This document shows positions 54,301 through 62,100 of a DNA stretch of 64,000 bases, piece after piece. The notes beneath the pieces were generated by a model. That model did not search any database. It was given only the letters and a program-made list of their open reading frames with translations, and was not told the origin of the DNA. Position 1 is the first letter of the stretch; every line of letters starts with the position of its first letter. Made by a program: the position numbers and the translations under genes. Origin of the DNA: Perna viridis (Eukaryota); contig CM074518.1 of NCBI GenBank assembly GCA_037379345.1, forward strand, positions 24,738,001 to 24,802,000, read 5' to 3'.

Positions 54301-56363
54301 GATGTCAGTACAGTTTTTCTGCTGTCCGTAGTGCACCTAAGAAGAAAAGTAGTGAGTGAAATTATTTAATCTTTTAAAACAGAATGATGATTTTATTGTT
54401 TCTTTCTTACTTGTGAGGAAGCAAAAGGCTATTCAATATTTAAGCATGATTTCGAAAAATTGGTTTGGAAATCAAGAATTTGATGAGTTTAGGGATCAAT
54501 ATATTTTTATGGAACAGGAAGGCTCTAATCACCAATGGATTATTTCACAAAAATTGTTAGTGTATAATTAGTTGTATGGTATGATGTCACAATACTAGAT
54601 CAAACTATTGTGACATCATAATTCAGACTAATTTTACACTAGCCATTTTTTGTGGAAAGAACTGAAGACTACTTTGTTGTACATATTTCATGGGTAGTTC
54701 CCTTTATTTTAAAATTTCAACATTAAAAAATTAAAATATTATTGAATTGCTTTTCATATAAAAAAAACTCTCTTACAGATGGTGGCAAAATAGCTGCCGG
54801 GGTAACAGTCGGTGTCCTTGCCATTATTGGGGCATTAGCTGGTGGATACGTCTTCATGAAGAAACGTAAAGAAAGACAGTTCAGTGAAAGACTTGGATTT
54901 GGACTATCTAACCCAAGCTATGATGGCGGAGATGGTAAAGATGTAAGTTGTACATTTCAGTATTCAAAGAATACCAACATTGAAACAAAAGCCATCTTCA
55001 GCTGGGATGGGATTTTTCTGTGGATTCATGGATTTCTGCTGCTTTTTCAAATTGAGATTTTATCATTATGATTCTATATTTTTTATTATACATTTACTAT
55101 CATTTCCCTGTTCTTCCTCATATTGCATTCATGTATCAGTTAGCAGATCTGGTTACATAAATAAATCTAAAATTGTTATTTTTCTCAAATTTCGACTATT
55201 CAAATTGCTTGAAATTGAAGATTTGAGGAAAATCTCAATTTTAGATTTATTTTTAAACTGGACCGTAATTGCTTTATCCTGATTTGTACAGTTTCTGTTT
55301 GTAAAATATTTCATTTTAGGCCATCTAAAACTTTTTTTTTTGGTTCTCAGTACCTCTCTGTTTAGAATGCCTCATTACACATGTTTAATGCCATATAAAA
55401 AAAAGTTTAAAATAGTCAACATAACATATACAAAGAAACCAAAGTAAATTAGACTAAGAAATAAACTGTTAATCATGTCATGTTCTTTAAAGATTGACTT
55501 AAAAAAAAAAGCATTATTACGGAATATTTTTATGTAAAATTGTAACTAAAGCACACTGTCCTGATCTGATTATTTTTTATTCCTTTTTTTGTTTTCAGTT
55601 TACAATGAATGAAATGGATGCACCGTTTGCAGATGTAAGTGTTTTTGTTTGTATGTTTTATTTCCTTGCATAAAGAGTGGGAACATAATGGTAGTGATCA
55701 TCATGTCTGTTCACCATTCAATTGTTGAGTTATTCATGTTGTTAATTTTATGGTTTTTGTACATTGAAGGAACATCTCAATCTAATCTTTTCAAACATGA
55801 ACACAAAGTCATAGGTCAATTCACCACTAAGGAGTTATGGCCCTTTGATATTGTATACTGTATTATTCATTGCTGAGGAGTTATGGCCCTTTGATGTTGT
55901 ATACTGTATTGTTCATTGCTGAGGAGTTATGGCCCTTTGATGTTGTATACTGTATTATTCATTGCTTAGGAGTTATGGCCCTTTGACGTTGTATATTCAT
56001 TCACCACTAAGAGATATGGTCCCTTTTATATGGAAATTTATTCAGTGCAGTGGTTTCTGTAATTACAATTTCAACTGTAAACTGTTATATTTTTCCAATT
56101 CAAGTTTTTTTGTGTCCCAACATGGTTTACATGCCAATGTGTTGATTGTCACAATACAGAGGACATATAGATTAATGGTTATGATTACTTATATGCTTAG
56201 CTAAGTATCACACTTAATTATGAACAAAACAGAATGAAAAAGCAATTTTAAGGAAACAACATGTCTTTTTAAATGGTATGCAATTTGATAATTTTTTTTT
56301 TTTTTTCAGAAAATGACATCTGATGTAACCTCCATTGAGAACCCACTCTACCAAGACCTGTGA
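1..56363 (+). CDS. MALRD1: Giant MAM and LDL-receptor class A domain-containing type I membrane protein (MALRD1/MALRD2-like); 5'-partial, 55 exons in window, >6550 aa
   Basis: join(<1..334,699..839,1456..1712,2149..2371,2607..2869,3373..3460,4163..4279,4947..5084,5550..5675,6204..6334,7301..7508,7853..8002,8394..8497,9247..9411,11291..11381,11624..11782,12478..12612,12898..13029,13427..13560,14280..14400,15233..15367,16295..16554,18138..18228,18723..18863,19530..19792,21053..21407,21805..21938,22836..22968,23732..23884,24346..24504,25154..25284,25617..25707,26413..26553,27143..27399,27736..27967,29530..39969,40479..41101,41667..41835,42372..42469,42945..43121,43574..43670,44119..44271,45181..45330,46195..46533,46813..46941,47649..47804,48328..48473,49428..49632,51074..51436,52408..52521,53473..53545,54275..54351,54779..54942,55599..55634,56310..56363). 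All introns are GT-AG with compatible phases; the sum is 19656 nt, divisible by 3. Repeated MAM motifs (CxFE..C.W, TGP..DHT, F.YHMYG, GDIAIDD) and LDLa motifs (C.D.SDE..C) are followed by EGF, TM and an NPxY tail. The symbol is family-level; orthology is untested. Confidence 0.92.
699..3460 (+). CDS. MALRD exons 2-6 (699-839, 1456-1712, 2149-2371, 2607-2869, 3373-3460): two MAM domains
   Basis: [12 protein letters not shown]...; [18 protein letters not shown]...; [19 protein letters not shown]...[11 protein letters not shown]; canonical splice sites. Confidence 0.88.
2922..3180. repeat. Two diverged direct repeats of about 150 bp
   Basis: ATC.GATTTCAGATAT...AGTTAT..GGGGTC.AAGGGG.CACACC at about 2925 and 3072. 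Confidence 0.55.
4163..11782 (+). CDS. MALRD exons 7-16: LDLa-MAM-LDLa-MAM-LDLa
   Basis: Exons 4163-4279, 4947-5084, 5550-5675, 6204-6334, 7301-7508, 7853-8002, 8394-8497, 9247-9411, 11291-11381, 11624-11782. LDLa motifs [51 protein letters not shown]. Confidence 0.88.
4550..4710. repeat. Minisatellite, about 53 bp x3
   Basis: TTGGTTGTCAATATACAGACCAGTGACTAGTGGCTTTTTACAGTC..ATGACT repeated. Confidence 0.85.
9507..10412. mobile_element. Non-autonomous Tc1/mariner-pogo-type DNA transposon (MITE), about 900 bp
   Basis: Left TA|CTGTCGAACCTCGTTAAGTTGAA; right TTCAACATATCGAGGTTCGACTG|TA. TA flanks, subterminal TCGAGTTATCCGAGG repeats, no transposase ORF. Confidence 0.85.
12152..12293. mobile_element. 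Fold-back (palindromic) MITE-like element
   Basis: TCTCCAGGCGTCGGTTTCACAAAAAGT...ACTTTTTGTGAAACTGACACCTGGAGA; arms of about 60 bp around a short loop. Confidence 0.75.
12478..22968 (+). CDS. MALRD exons 17-28: four tandem MAM domains and a Thr/Pro-rich linker
   Basis: Exons 12478-12612, 12898-13029, 13427-13560, 14280-14400, 15233-15367, 16295-16554, 18138-18228, 18723-18863, 19530-19792, 21053-21407, 21805-21938, 22836-22968; MAM motifs stay in frame across junctions. Confidence 0.88.
14392..14765. repeat. 53-bp minisatellite starting at the exon 20 donor
   Basis: GTGAGATCATTTAATCGGTTTTAGCAAATTAAAAGAAAGTGATACTGAAAGTA at 14510, 14563 and 14616, with flanking degenerate copies. Confidence 0.9.
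14809..15014. mobile_element. Short MITE with CTGTGAAAGTAC termini
   Basis: TA|CTGTGAAAGTACTTTAATTCATGG ... CCATGAATAGTAGTACTTTCACAG. Confidence 0.7.
15410..15850. repeat. Degenerate tandem units of about 155 bp, HINE-like
   Basis: Repeats of AACTCCTCCT.AAC...TTTGATGA.ACAT.ATAGG.AGGTT.GGCATCATAT near 15420, 15568 and 15724. Confidence 0.5.
15956..16012. mobile_element. Truncated left end of the same TTAA MITE family
   Basis: TTAA|GGAGTTAGACCTAGGGTAAGGGACACAACTCTTGCAAATCATTG. Confidence 0.7.
16030..16180 (-). mobile_element. Older, diverged fragment related to the Penelope-like 3' UTR
   Basis: AAATGAGCAAC...GTATGGAC..AGTGCTCTGGTAGGGTAAGCACCCTCTGCTTTTTGAGAAACA matches 25972-26051. Confidence 0.6.
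17868..18073. mobile_element. TTAA-flanked MITE (Kolobok-like), copy 1
   Basis: TTAA|GGAAGTAGACCTAGGGTAAGGGACACAACTCTT ... AAGAGTTATGTCCCTTACCCTAGGTCTACCTCC|TTAA. Confidence 0.85.
20796..21006. mobile_element. TTAA-flanked MITE (Kolobok-like), copy 2
   Basis: Same TIRs and internal sequence as 17868-18073; right flank TTGA. Confidence 0.85.
23732..27967 (+). CDS. MALRD exons 29-35: two MAM domains and the start of a third
   Basis: Exons 23732-23884, 24346-24504, 25154-25284, 25617-25707, 26413-26553, 27143-27399, 27736-27967. Confidence 0.88.
25832..26072 (-). mobile_element. 3' UTR fragment of the same Penelope-like family
   Basis: Near-identical to 28359-28605 (GAAAGAGTAATtAAGGGAACCAAGG...GGACCAGGTGCAC..GGTAAGC..CCTCTG..TTTCTAGAAACACCCGCC). 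Confidence 0.75.
27367..27625. repeat. 43-bp tandem repeat spanning the exon 34 donor (6 copies)
   Basis: CAAGTCAACATTGTCACACCTTCACCATATCAG|GTTAGTTACA; donor-like GT at 27400, 27457, 27491, 27534, 27577 and 27620. Confidence 0.9.
28359..28836 (-). mobile_element. 5'-truncated Penelope-like retroelement: RT C-terminal codons (28642-28836) plus 3' UTR
   Basis: The minus strand reads [64 protein letters not shown]. This resembles the RAC...LKSSLRKFYGRHHDLVDRYG terminus I recall from mollusc Penelope-like RTs. The UTR is shared with 25832-26072. Confidence 0.75.
29530..39969 (+). CDS. MALRD exon 36: giant 10440-nt internal exon (half MAM + 17 MAM + 11 LDLa + 1 vestigial LDLa)
   Basis: Uninterrupted ORF (track 29640..39980) that extends upstream in frame to acceptor TTTCAG at 29524-29529 (G|YYLYIEASS); donor GTAAGT at 39970 after ...SDELQC. 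Confidence 0.95.
40479..41101 (+). CDS. MALRD exon 37: complete MAM + LDLa
   Basis: Acceptor CTTCAG; [14 protein letters not shown]...GDIAIDT...[14 protein letters not shown]; donor at 41102. Confidence 0.9.
41320..41470. repeat. Minisatellite, about 29 bp x5
   Basis: AAAC..CAGTTACACCTGTCTTAAGAGA repeated. Confidence 0.75.
41667..49632 (+). CDS. MALRD exons 38-48: MAM-LDLa-MAM-LDLa-MAM
   Basis: Exons 41667-41835, 42372-42469, 42945-43121, 43574-43670, 44119-44271, 45181-45330, 46195-46533, 46813-46941, 47649-47804, 48328-48473, 49428-49632. Confidence 0.87.
43122..43365. repeat. 37-bp minisatellite starting at the exon 40 donor, about 6 copies
   Basis: GTTAGCCCAGGCAATAAAGGTAGTCACGAGGCCGACT at 43164, 43201, 43238 and onward. 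Confidence 0.9.
44290..44620. repeat. G/T-rich degenerate tandem repeat of about 20 bp
   Basis: GGTAGGTGTGGTTTAGAGGT / GGTAGGTGTGGTTTAGGGAT variants; strong G-over-C skew continues to about 45030. Confidence 0.75.
45755..46030. repeat. 70-bp minisatellite, about 4 copies
   Basis: TTAGTAATTATCTGCTCTATATCAGTGAGATTGAGACAGATGAATAAGTCAATCTACCAAATAAGGTGCA repeated. Confidence 0.9.
47214..47341. other. Assembly gap (128 N) in the intron between MALRD exons 45 and 46
   Basis: Run of N. Confidence 0.99.
48799..48955. mobile_element. Short MITE-like inverted repeat
   Basis: GGCCTTGGAGCCACAAA ... TTTGTGGTGCTGAGGCC, with an inner TTGAGAATATTCTTAAC / GTTGAGAATTTTCTCA pair. Confidence 0.55.
50390..50761. 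mobile_element. TA-flanked MITE, about 370 bp
   Basis: TA|CAGTATCTGAACTGATCCATGCAAT ... ATTGCACAGATCGTTTCAGGTACTG|TA; internal TGATC/TGACC motifs. Confidence 0.7.
51074..52521 (+). CDS. MALRD exons 49-50 (51074-51436, 52408-52521): three LDLa modules with a Thr/Pro-rich linker
   Basis: [16 protein letters not shown]; [17 protein letters not shown]; [16 protein letters not shown]. Confidence 0.87.
53473..54351 (+). CDS. MALRD exons 51-52 (53473-53545, 54275-54351): juxtamembrane EGF-like domain
   Basis: [36 protein letters not shown] shows six-Cys EGF spacing across a phase-2 intron. Confidence 0.85.
54779..54942 (+). CDS. MALRD exon 53: transmembrane helix, stop-transfer and first NPxY
   Basis: [23 protein letters not shown] followed by KKRKER, then LSNPSY; donor GTAAGT at 54943. 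Confidence 0.9.
55599..55634 (+). CDS. MALRD exon 54: 36-nt cytoplasmic micro-exon ([12 protein letters not shown])
   Basis: Strong polypyrimidine tract and CAG at 55596-55598; donor GTAAGT at 55635; phase 0/0, no stop. Confidence 0.72.
55820..56030. repeat. 46-bp minisatellite, 4-5 copies, in the last intron
   Basis: GAGGAGTTATGGCCCTTTGATGTTGTATACTGTATTATTCATTGCT repeated. Confidence 0.9.
56310..56363 (+). CDS. MALRD terminal coding exon ([17 protein letters not shown])
   Basis: Long T-run plus CAG acceptor; second NPxY; TGA TAA tandem stop. Confidence 0.85.
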   Translation, partial: KMTSDVTSIENPLYQDL

Positions 56364-56478
56364 TAAAGTGTAACAAATTGCTGTGATATCAAAATGTGCA
56401 ATATACTTTTTAACAATTTTAAATAAGTTCAGTCATTTGTTATTGTTTTTTTTTCTTATGATTTGTTAATTGTTATTC

Positions 56479-56484
56479 AATAAA
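56479..56484 (+). terminator. Candidate polyadenylation signal of the MALRD gene
   Basis: AATAAA about 115 nt after the stop, followed by GT-rich sequence; a second AATAAA at 56528-56533. Confidence 0.5.
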
Positions 56485-56712
56485 ATATTTAACTTAGATA
56501 TTGTGTATCTTGAGTGTATACTGTGAAAATAAAAAAATCATTCTTGAATCAGGAAAATAAGAGTGAATGGTTTCAGCATACTTTTATACCCATTTTTTGT
56601 AACCATTTAACTTTCTACATGGCACTCAGTAATGAAACTCTGCATGATGTGAATTCTTTGGTAAAGTATAGTAATATTTTTGGCTGCTTGTTGGCAACAG
56701 TATAATGGTTTA

Positions 56713-57050
56713 TTGATTGATTGATTGATTATGTTTTAATGTCCTATGGCAGATGTTTTATGCATTTCATTTATCACTCAAACAGACCCTGCTTTGCACT
56801 AGTGGGACATGCTGTACCAAATTTTTCTTGTGCTAGCTCATAGAAGCAAGAACTCACAGGTAGGCATGCCACCCCATTCCGACACATTTTTCTGACTAGG
56901 AACCAACTAGATGTCACTCTATCCCCTTAAATACTGGTTGCTTGGTGAAGAAGCAGTGACTACCAAATTTAAAGCCTTTAGTGTGACTCAGCCGAGATCA
57001 AACCAATAAACTCTGCAATCGAGACTAGCGTAGTACCCTGATGCCACTTA
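56713..57050 (-). mobile_element. Decayed tRNA-derived SINE (V/CORE-type) in the intergenic region
   Basis: Minus strand: degenerate tRNA-like head, then GTCACACTAAAGGCTTTAAATTTGGTAGTCACTGCTTCTTCACC (V-domain-like), ATGAGCTAGCAC, and an (AATC)n tail; family assignment from memory. Confidence 0.65.
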
Positions 57051-57644
57051 GACTTTAATGATCTAGTGTGGCCTCATGCCCAAACACTAAATATCAAAGG
57101 AGAAGACCGGATCAATAGCTGTATGAATTAAAGCACCTGATAAATGTACATGTGTCATTTTCTTTCGTTTTTAAAGCCCAATTATTTTTAAATAAAATAT
57201 GGAAGACTAAAATACTAAGAAACACTTTCTTCTATAAAAAAGCAAAAAACAAAAACAAAAAACACTGTAACCATGGTAACAAAAATCAAGTTTTAGGTTT
57301 CTGTTACAGGACTTAAAAGAAAAGCAGAAAAATAGGCAGGATGTGTGTAATGTAGCTCTCTCGATGCTGTATTGCACATTGACAATATAATAGAAGAACA
57401 CAATAACATATGTATGTATGTGTAAAAACAAAATATCAGGGAAAAAAGACCAGCAACTAAATTTAAGCAGAAATTGATAAAGTATGCAACATGGTCTCCA
57501 CTAAAAATTGAAAGCAATCATATTAACTACAAAAAGAAAGAAAATAGTCTAAATAACACAATGTTGCGGTGCTGTAGTTTTTATTGTACTATATTCATAT
57601 ACTACATCATAAAAAGTATCAGTTTAGCAATAGACACCATATAA

Positions 57645-58225
57645 AACTAGAAATACTGAGTAAGCTCACAAAGAGAATACTTCCCCTTTTCTGCTTCAAA
57701 TGGATGTATGACCAGAACATTCAACTTTCTCCTTTCGGAGTCCCCCATCAGTAATAATAATCCTTCATGCACATTAACATATGATGCCCAACATTCAAAT
57801 TAAATTCATCAAAATCCCTTGAATGGTTTAGGAGGCATTGCACTTGCTAGGTTTTGGCATGTAAAATTCTTTAGTTGGATTATCTCCCCTTGGAGTCCCC
57901 ATCTGTAAGTAATACCTTCATGCACATTTACAAATGATGTTCAACCTTCGTATAAAATTTTATCAAAATCCATTGACTACTTTAGGAGTTGTGTGTATGT
58001 AAAACCCTTTAGTTGGATTATCTCCCTTTGGAGTCCCTCAAACAGCAACTATTTTCTTTCATCTACATATGATGCCCAACATTTCTATAAAATTTCATCA
58101 AAATTCCTTGAGCAGTTAAGGAGGTATTGCACTTGCAAGAAATGTGGACAGGACAAACATACAGACAGACAAGTGATTCCTACATACACATATACCCCCA
58201 AACCTTGTTTGCTGAGTGTATAATA
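57645..58225 (+). mobile_element. Helentron-associated (HINE/pearl-like) element with internal tandem repeats of about 150 bp
   Basis: Three copies of GGAGTCCCC..CTTCATGCACATT..ATGATG..CAAC..AAATT..ATCAAAATCC.TTGA, then an ACAG microsatellite and a TATACCCC...GTGTATAAT terminal palindrome. Confidence 0.6.
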
Positions 58226-59180
58226 AGTATACTGGCTGTGAAATAAGTTGAGTGGAATAAAAAACAAAAATATTGGCTCCAAAACTGGAAAATGCATATC
58301 AAATAACTTCAAAACTTGGGAAAAAAATTGCCAAATATTAATTGTGCTTTTGACATAAGTGGAGATATTTGGAGATATTCGATAACCATACAAAACTTAA
58401 TATCAAAACTAAAAGAATACTACATGACAACATATTTACCAATGAAATTGAAGTAAATGATACATGTGTACCTTCATTTAACAATTACAATCATTATATG
58501 GCACTAGAAGATAATTTTGGCCACAATGTGACTAGATACAACATATAGCAACATATATTTTACTACCTACAAATGCACAGGAAAATACTGTTGAACAGAT
58601 TACAATAAAATCATTGTAAATGTTTGATAATAATTTTTTTAAATATTGTATGAATTACAATGCAGTGTGGGAAGAAACTGGGTGACTCACAAGTTACTGT
58701 GTTAGATTCTGTTTCTATTATAAATAAGAGTTTTTTTGGGTTTTTTTCTAACACTGATATGAAGAATTTTTTTCATAATAAAATAAATCATCAGTCTATA
58801 TACTTCAAATAGATTGACAGTTATTTTTTTAACCTGTGAAAATACTCAGAAGAAACATCCAAAATTGAACAGTTTCAGGAATGCTTTTCTTATGAAATCT
58901 TTGCCAGTAACAACAGTTGCAAAATGAACGTGGAATGTAAGAAATCAAACAATATATTTTTTTAAAAAACACATCTAAGTATTTTAGTCAATGTTTTGCC
59001 AACTGCCAGATTTTTACTGAGACTGGTATTATGTCTTAATGTAAAATTTGCCTCAATTTAATAATCAAAAGCATACAGAGTTATCTGATTTGTTTCTGAT
59101 TAAAATCAAGAGTTACATGCATTGAAAAAAATGTACCTTGCAAATAGCAGCATGAGTTCTAATGGAAAATATATCAAACA

Positions 59181-62100
59181 TTATCTCATCAAAAACACTT
59201 TAAGAAAACCTCCTTTATGTGATGCTAGTTCCGATTTTAACTTAAAAATTAAATAAGTAAACATAACAACTGAAGAAATCGCCAGTAATAAAAATGTAGT
59301 CTGTAAATTGTAGGCTTTTGCTATAGAACTCAATGGTAATCCTGCCATGAAAACTCCAACTGAAAATGAAAGTAAAGATTCTATTTATACATTAGTAATA
59401 TTTAAGTCAATAAAGTCATACTTGGTTTCACAGTTCCTCAACTTAAAAATGTAAAATAAACCACAAATTTCATTTTCAATCCCTTATTAAATAGAACACT
59501 TTTTTACGAAAAGGTTATTTTTTTACAAAAAGCTGATTTCTCCAAATCTTACTAAATGTTTCCTATTTCTGCAGAACTTTTTATCTTTACATTTAGGTTG
59601 CTCATAATCTATGAACAAAAACCTTACATCAGGGTCAAAAACCATTGCCAAAAGCAGAAAACATAGGTTTATATAGGCAACAGAATAAGGTATTACATGT
59701 AATAAATAAAATATCAATTTAAATAAAGCACTTTCACAGTTACTTCCATTACTGAAAAGGTCTTTATTTATGTAGAGTTCAACTGGGGTCAAAAGGCATA
59801 AGATCAGGAACTTCACAAAGGAAGCCAAAGGTAGAGACACTTGAATCAATCACTACAAAGGTTTTTTAATTGACACATTTATAATAGAAGCGTTTAAGAT
59901 ATGTTTATGTTCGGAGGCATATTTCCACGTAACTGGTACTGTTTTATCCTTTCATGTAAAGTATGAAACTGTAAACCAGTTTCCACAAGATTTGATGTAA
60001 ATGTCAAATGTGAAAGTCATCTATCAAGAATATTTTTACAACAGTATAACCACAGTGTTGGATCCAGAGTGAGGGCTTTGGGTATTGAAATTGCCCTTAT
60101 ATTAGAAATTGTTGTCAATTTTGTGCAAAATTTTTCCAAAAATGAGCAAATGATAGCTTTCTGGATTGGAACATTCCCCACATTTTATAATTTATTAGAT
60201 CTGTCCCAAAACAAAATATTTCCTAAACCTATACACGCACTATAAGCCACTTACTATTAGAAAACAATGCTGCAACTGCGTAAGTAGTCCCTGATATACT
60301 TTGAGGTGCTGCTTCTATGGCAATGACCCCAGCTATCGATATTGGTCCATAAGTAGCCAAGCCCACCATAAAACCAATCAAAGTTATAACAACCTGATAA
60401 AATATACAATATCTTCGAACTGACAGAATATCAAGCAAATGCATATACCGGGTATTGCATTGGGAAATTCATTATCATTCATGCCATATAATGCCCTCCA
60501 GACTGATATGGATTTTATGAGTGCCTGATATGGACTTACTATAGAAAATCCATACGACACTGGTATCATGTCCTTGCATGCTATTTCCCTCCCAGTATTG
60601 GACCTCAGTTATGACACACTTCCAGTAGTCAGCAATCCAAAATATGGCTGAGTCAAAGGATGTCAGGCCCATCAGATAATTCAATGAAAATGACACTTAT
60701 ACATTTATCAATGACATGAAAAACCCAAGAAGGAAAACCACAAGTGACAACAAAATCATCCATGGCTGATATAAAAACAAATTATCTACTAGAATTAGAA
60801 CAATTTCAACATTGTTAATGGAACAAAACTAAATCCACTATACATATTTTCTAAATATGTGATAAATAAATCTTTACATGGCATAACCATATTGGCCCTG
60901 GTATCATCCCTTGACCCATATCAGACCTCGGGCTAAAAGCCCTCAGTGAAATATGGGCGTCTCTGAATGATACCGGGGCTGATAGGATTTATGCCAGGTA
61001 AAAATCTATAATTCTCATATGTTAATTTTTGCTTGAATGCATATGATAATCATATGTGTGTAAACTAAAACATAAGATCATCAAATCATGCTTGATTCGT
61101 CATATGTTGCAAACCATATGATTCCCATATGTGGCTCATTTGGTTATGTATATTTTAATATAGGGCTTGATAACAAGAAAGATCTAAGATAATACTCCTT
61201 ATCTTATCATACATTTATCTCAACTTCATACATTCCACATATTGGCAAAATTTTGAAAAAATCTTTAAATTTTTTTTTTCTTGTCTCGTCAATCCTATAG
61301 TTCATTGCATATAAAAACTGGTCACACTTATTTTGTGTTTAAAAAACTTGGCAATTTCTTTAAGGTTTTCTCATGGTCCTGAAGATGTCATCTTATTTGA
61401 TAAACTAGATGATACTGAAAAGATACAGCACTTCATAATAAGCTTTATTATTGGTTCTGTTCACACAGTTAATTATGCTTTCTTGCAGATTGGTACATGA
61501 TGAACAACTGATTCTTGTTCAACACTTTAATTCTGTTGTAGGATTTTTTTTTAGTTTTCCATGCATAACTAACTTTTTCCATTCCAATATCAGTTTTCAA
61601 AGATTTTTTTTCTTTTGCTTAATGGAAAGTGGAACATAACATTATCCTATGATTTCTCGCATCAAAATTTTTACTTTACCAAGATGACAGAAAATGAGAA
61701 TCCTCAATTAAAAAATGATTACAAGGTTTTCCATCAATTAAAAAAATTTTACCTCTACCTTTGAAGAATGTTTTCCATCAATTAAAAAAATTTGCCTCTA
61801 CCTTAGAAGAATGTGTATCAATGAGCAAGGAAAAACAGTACAAAGCTGCTGCTAGTATTATGATGAAATGGATCCATAATGTTTTCCTTACTAGATGCTG
61901 GGGTACTGAGCTATTCTGAAAAATAAATAACCATATAAATGTAAAAATATATATCATATACTTGTCAGCACAAAATTATCTTCAAATACATACATACTGC
62001 ACAAGTTAAAAAATCTACAGTGTATGTTACAAAATTCTTAAAGTAATATACTTATGGTAAACAAGATTTTATTTGAATTTGGAATTATTTTGTAATTTGG

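Noticed and set aside
56990-57050. tRNA gene
   Set aside because: Only degenerate A/B-box-like remnants at the head of a SINE; no cloverleaf can be built.
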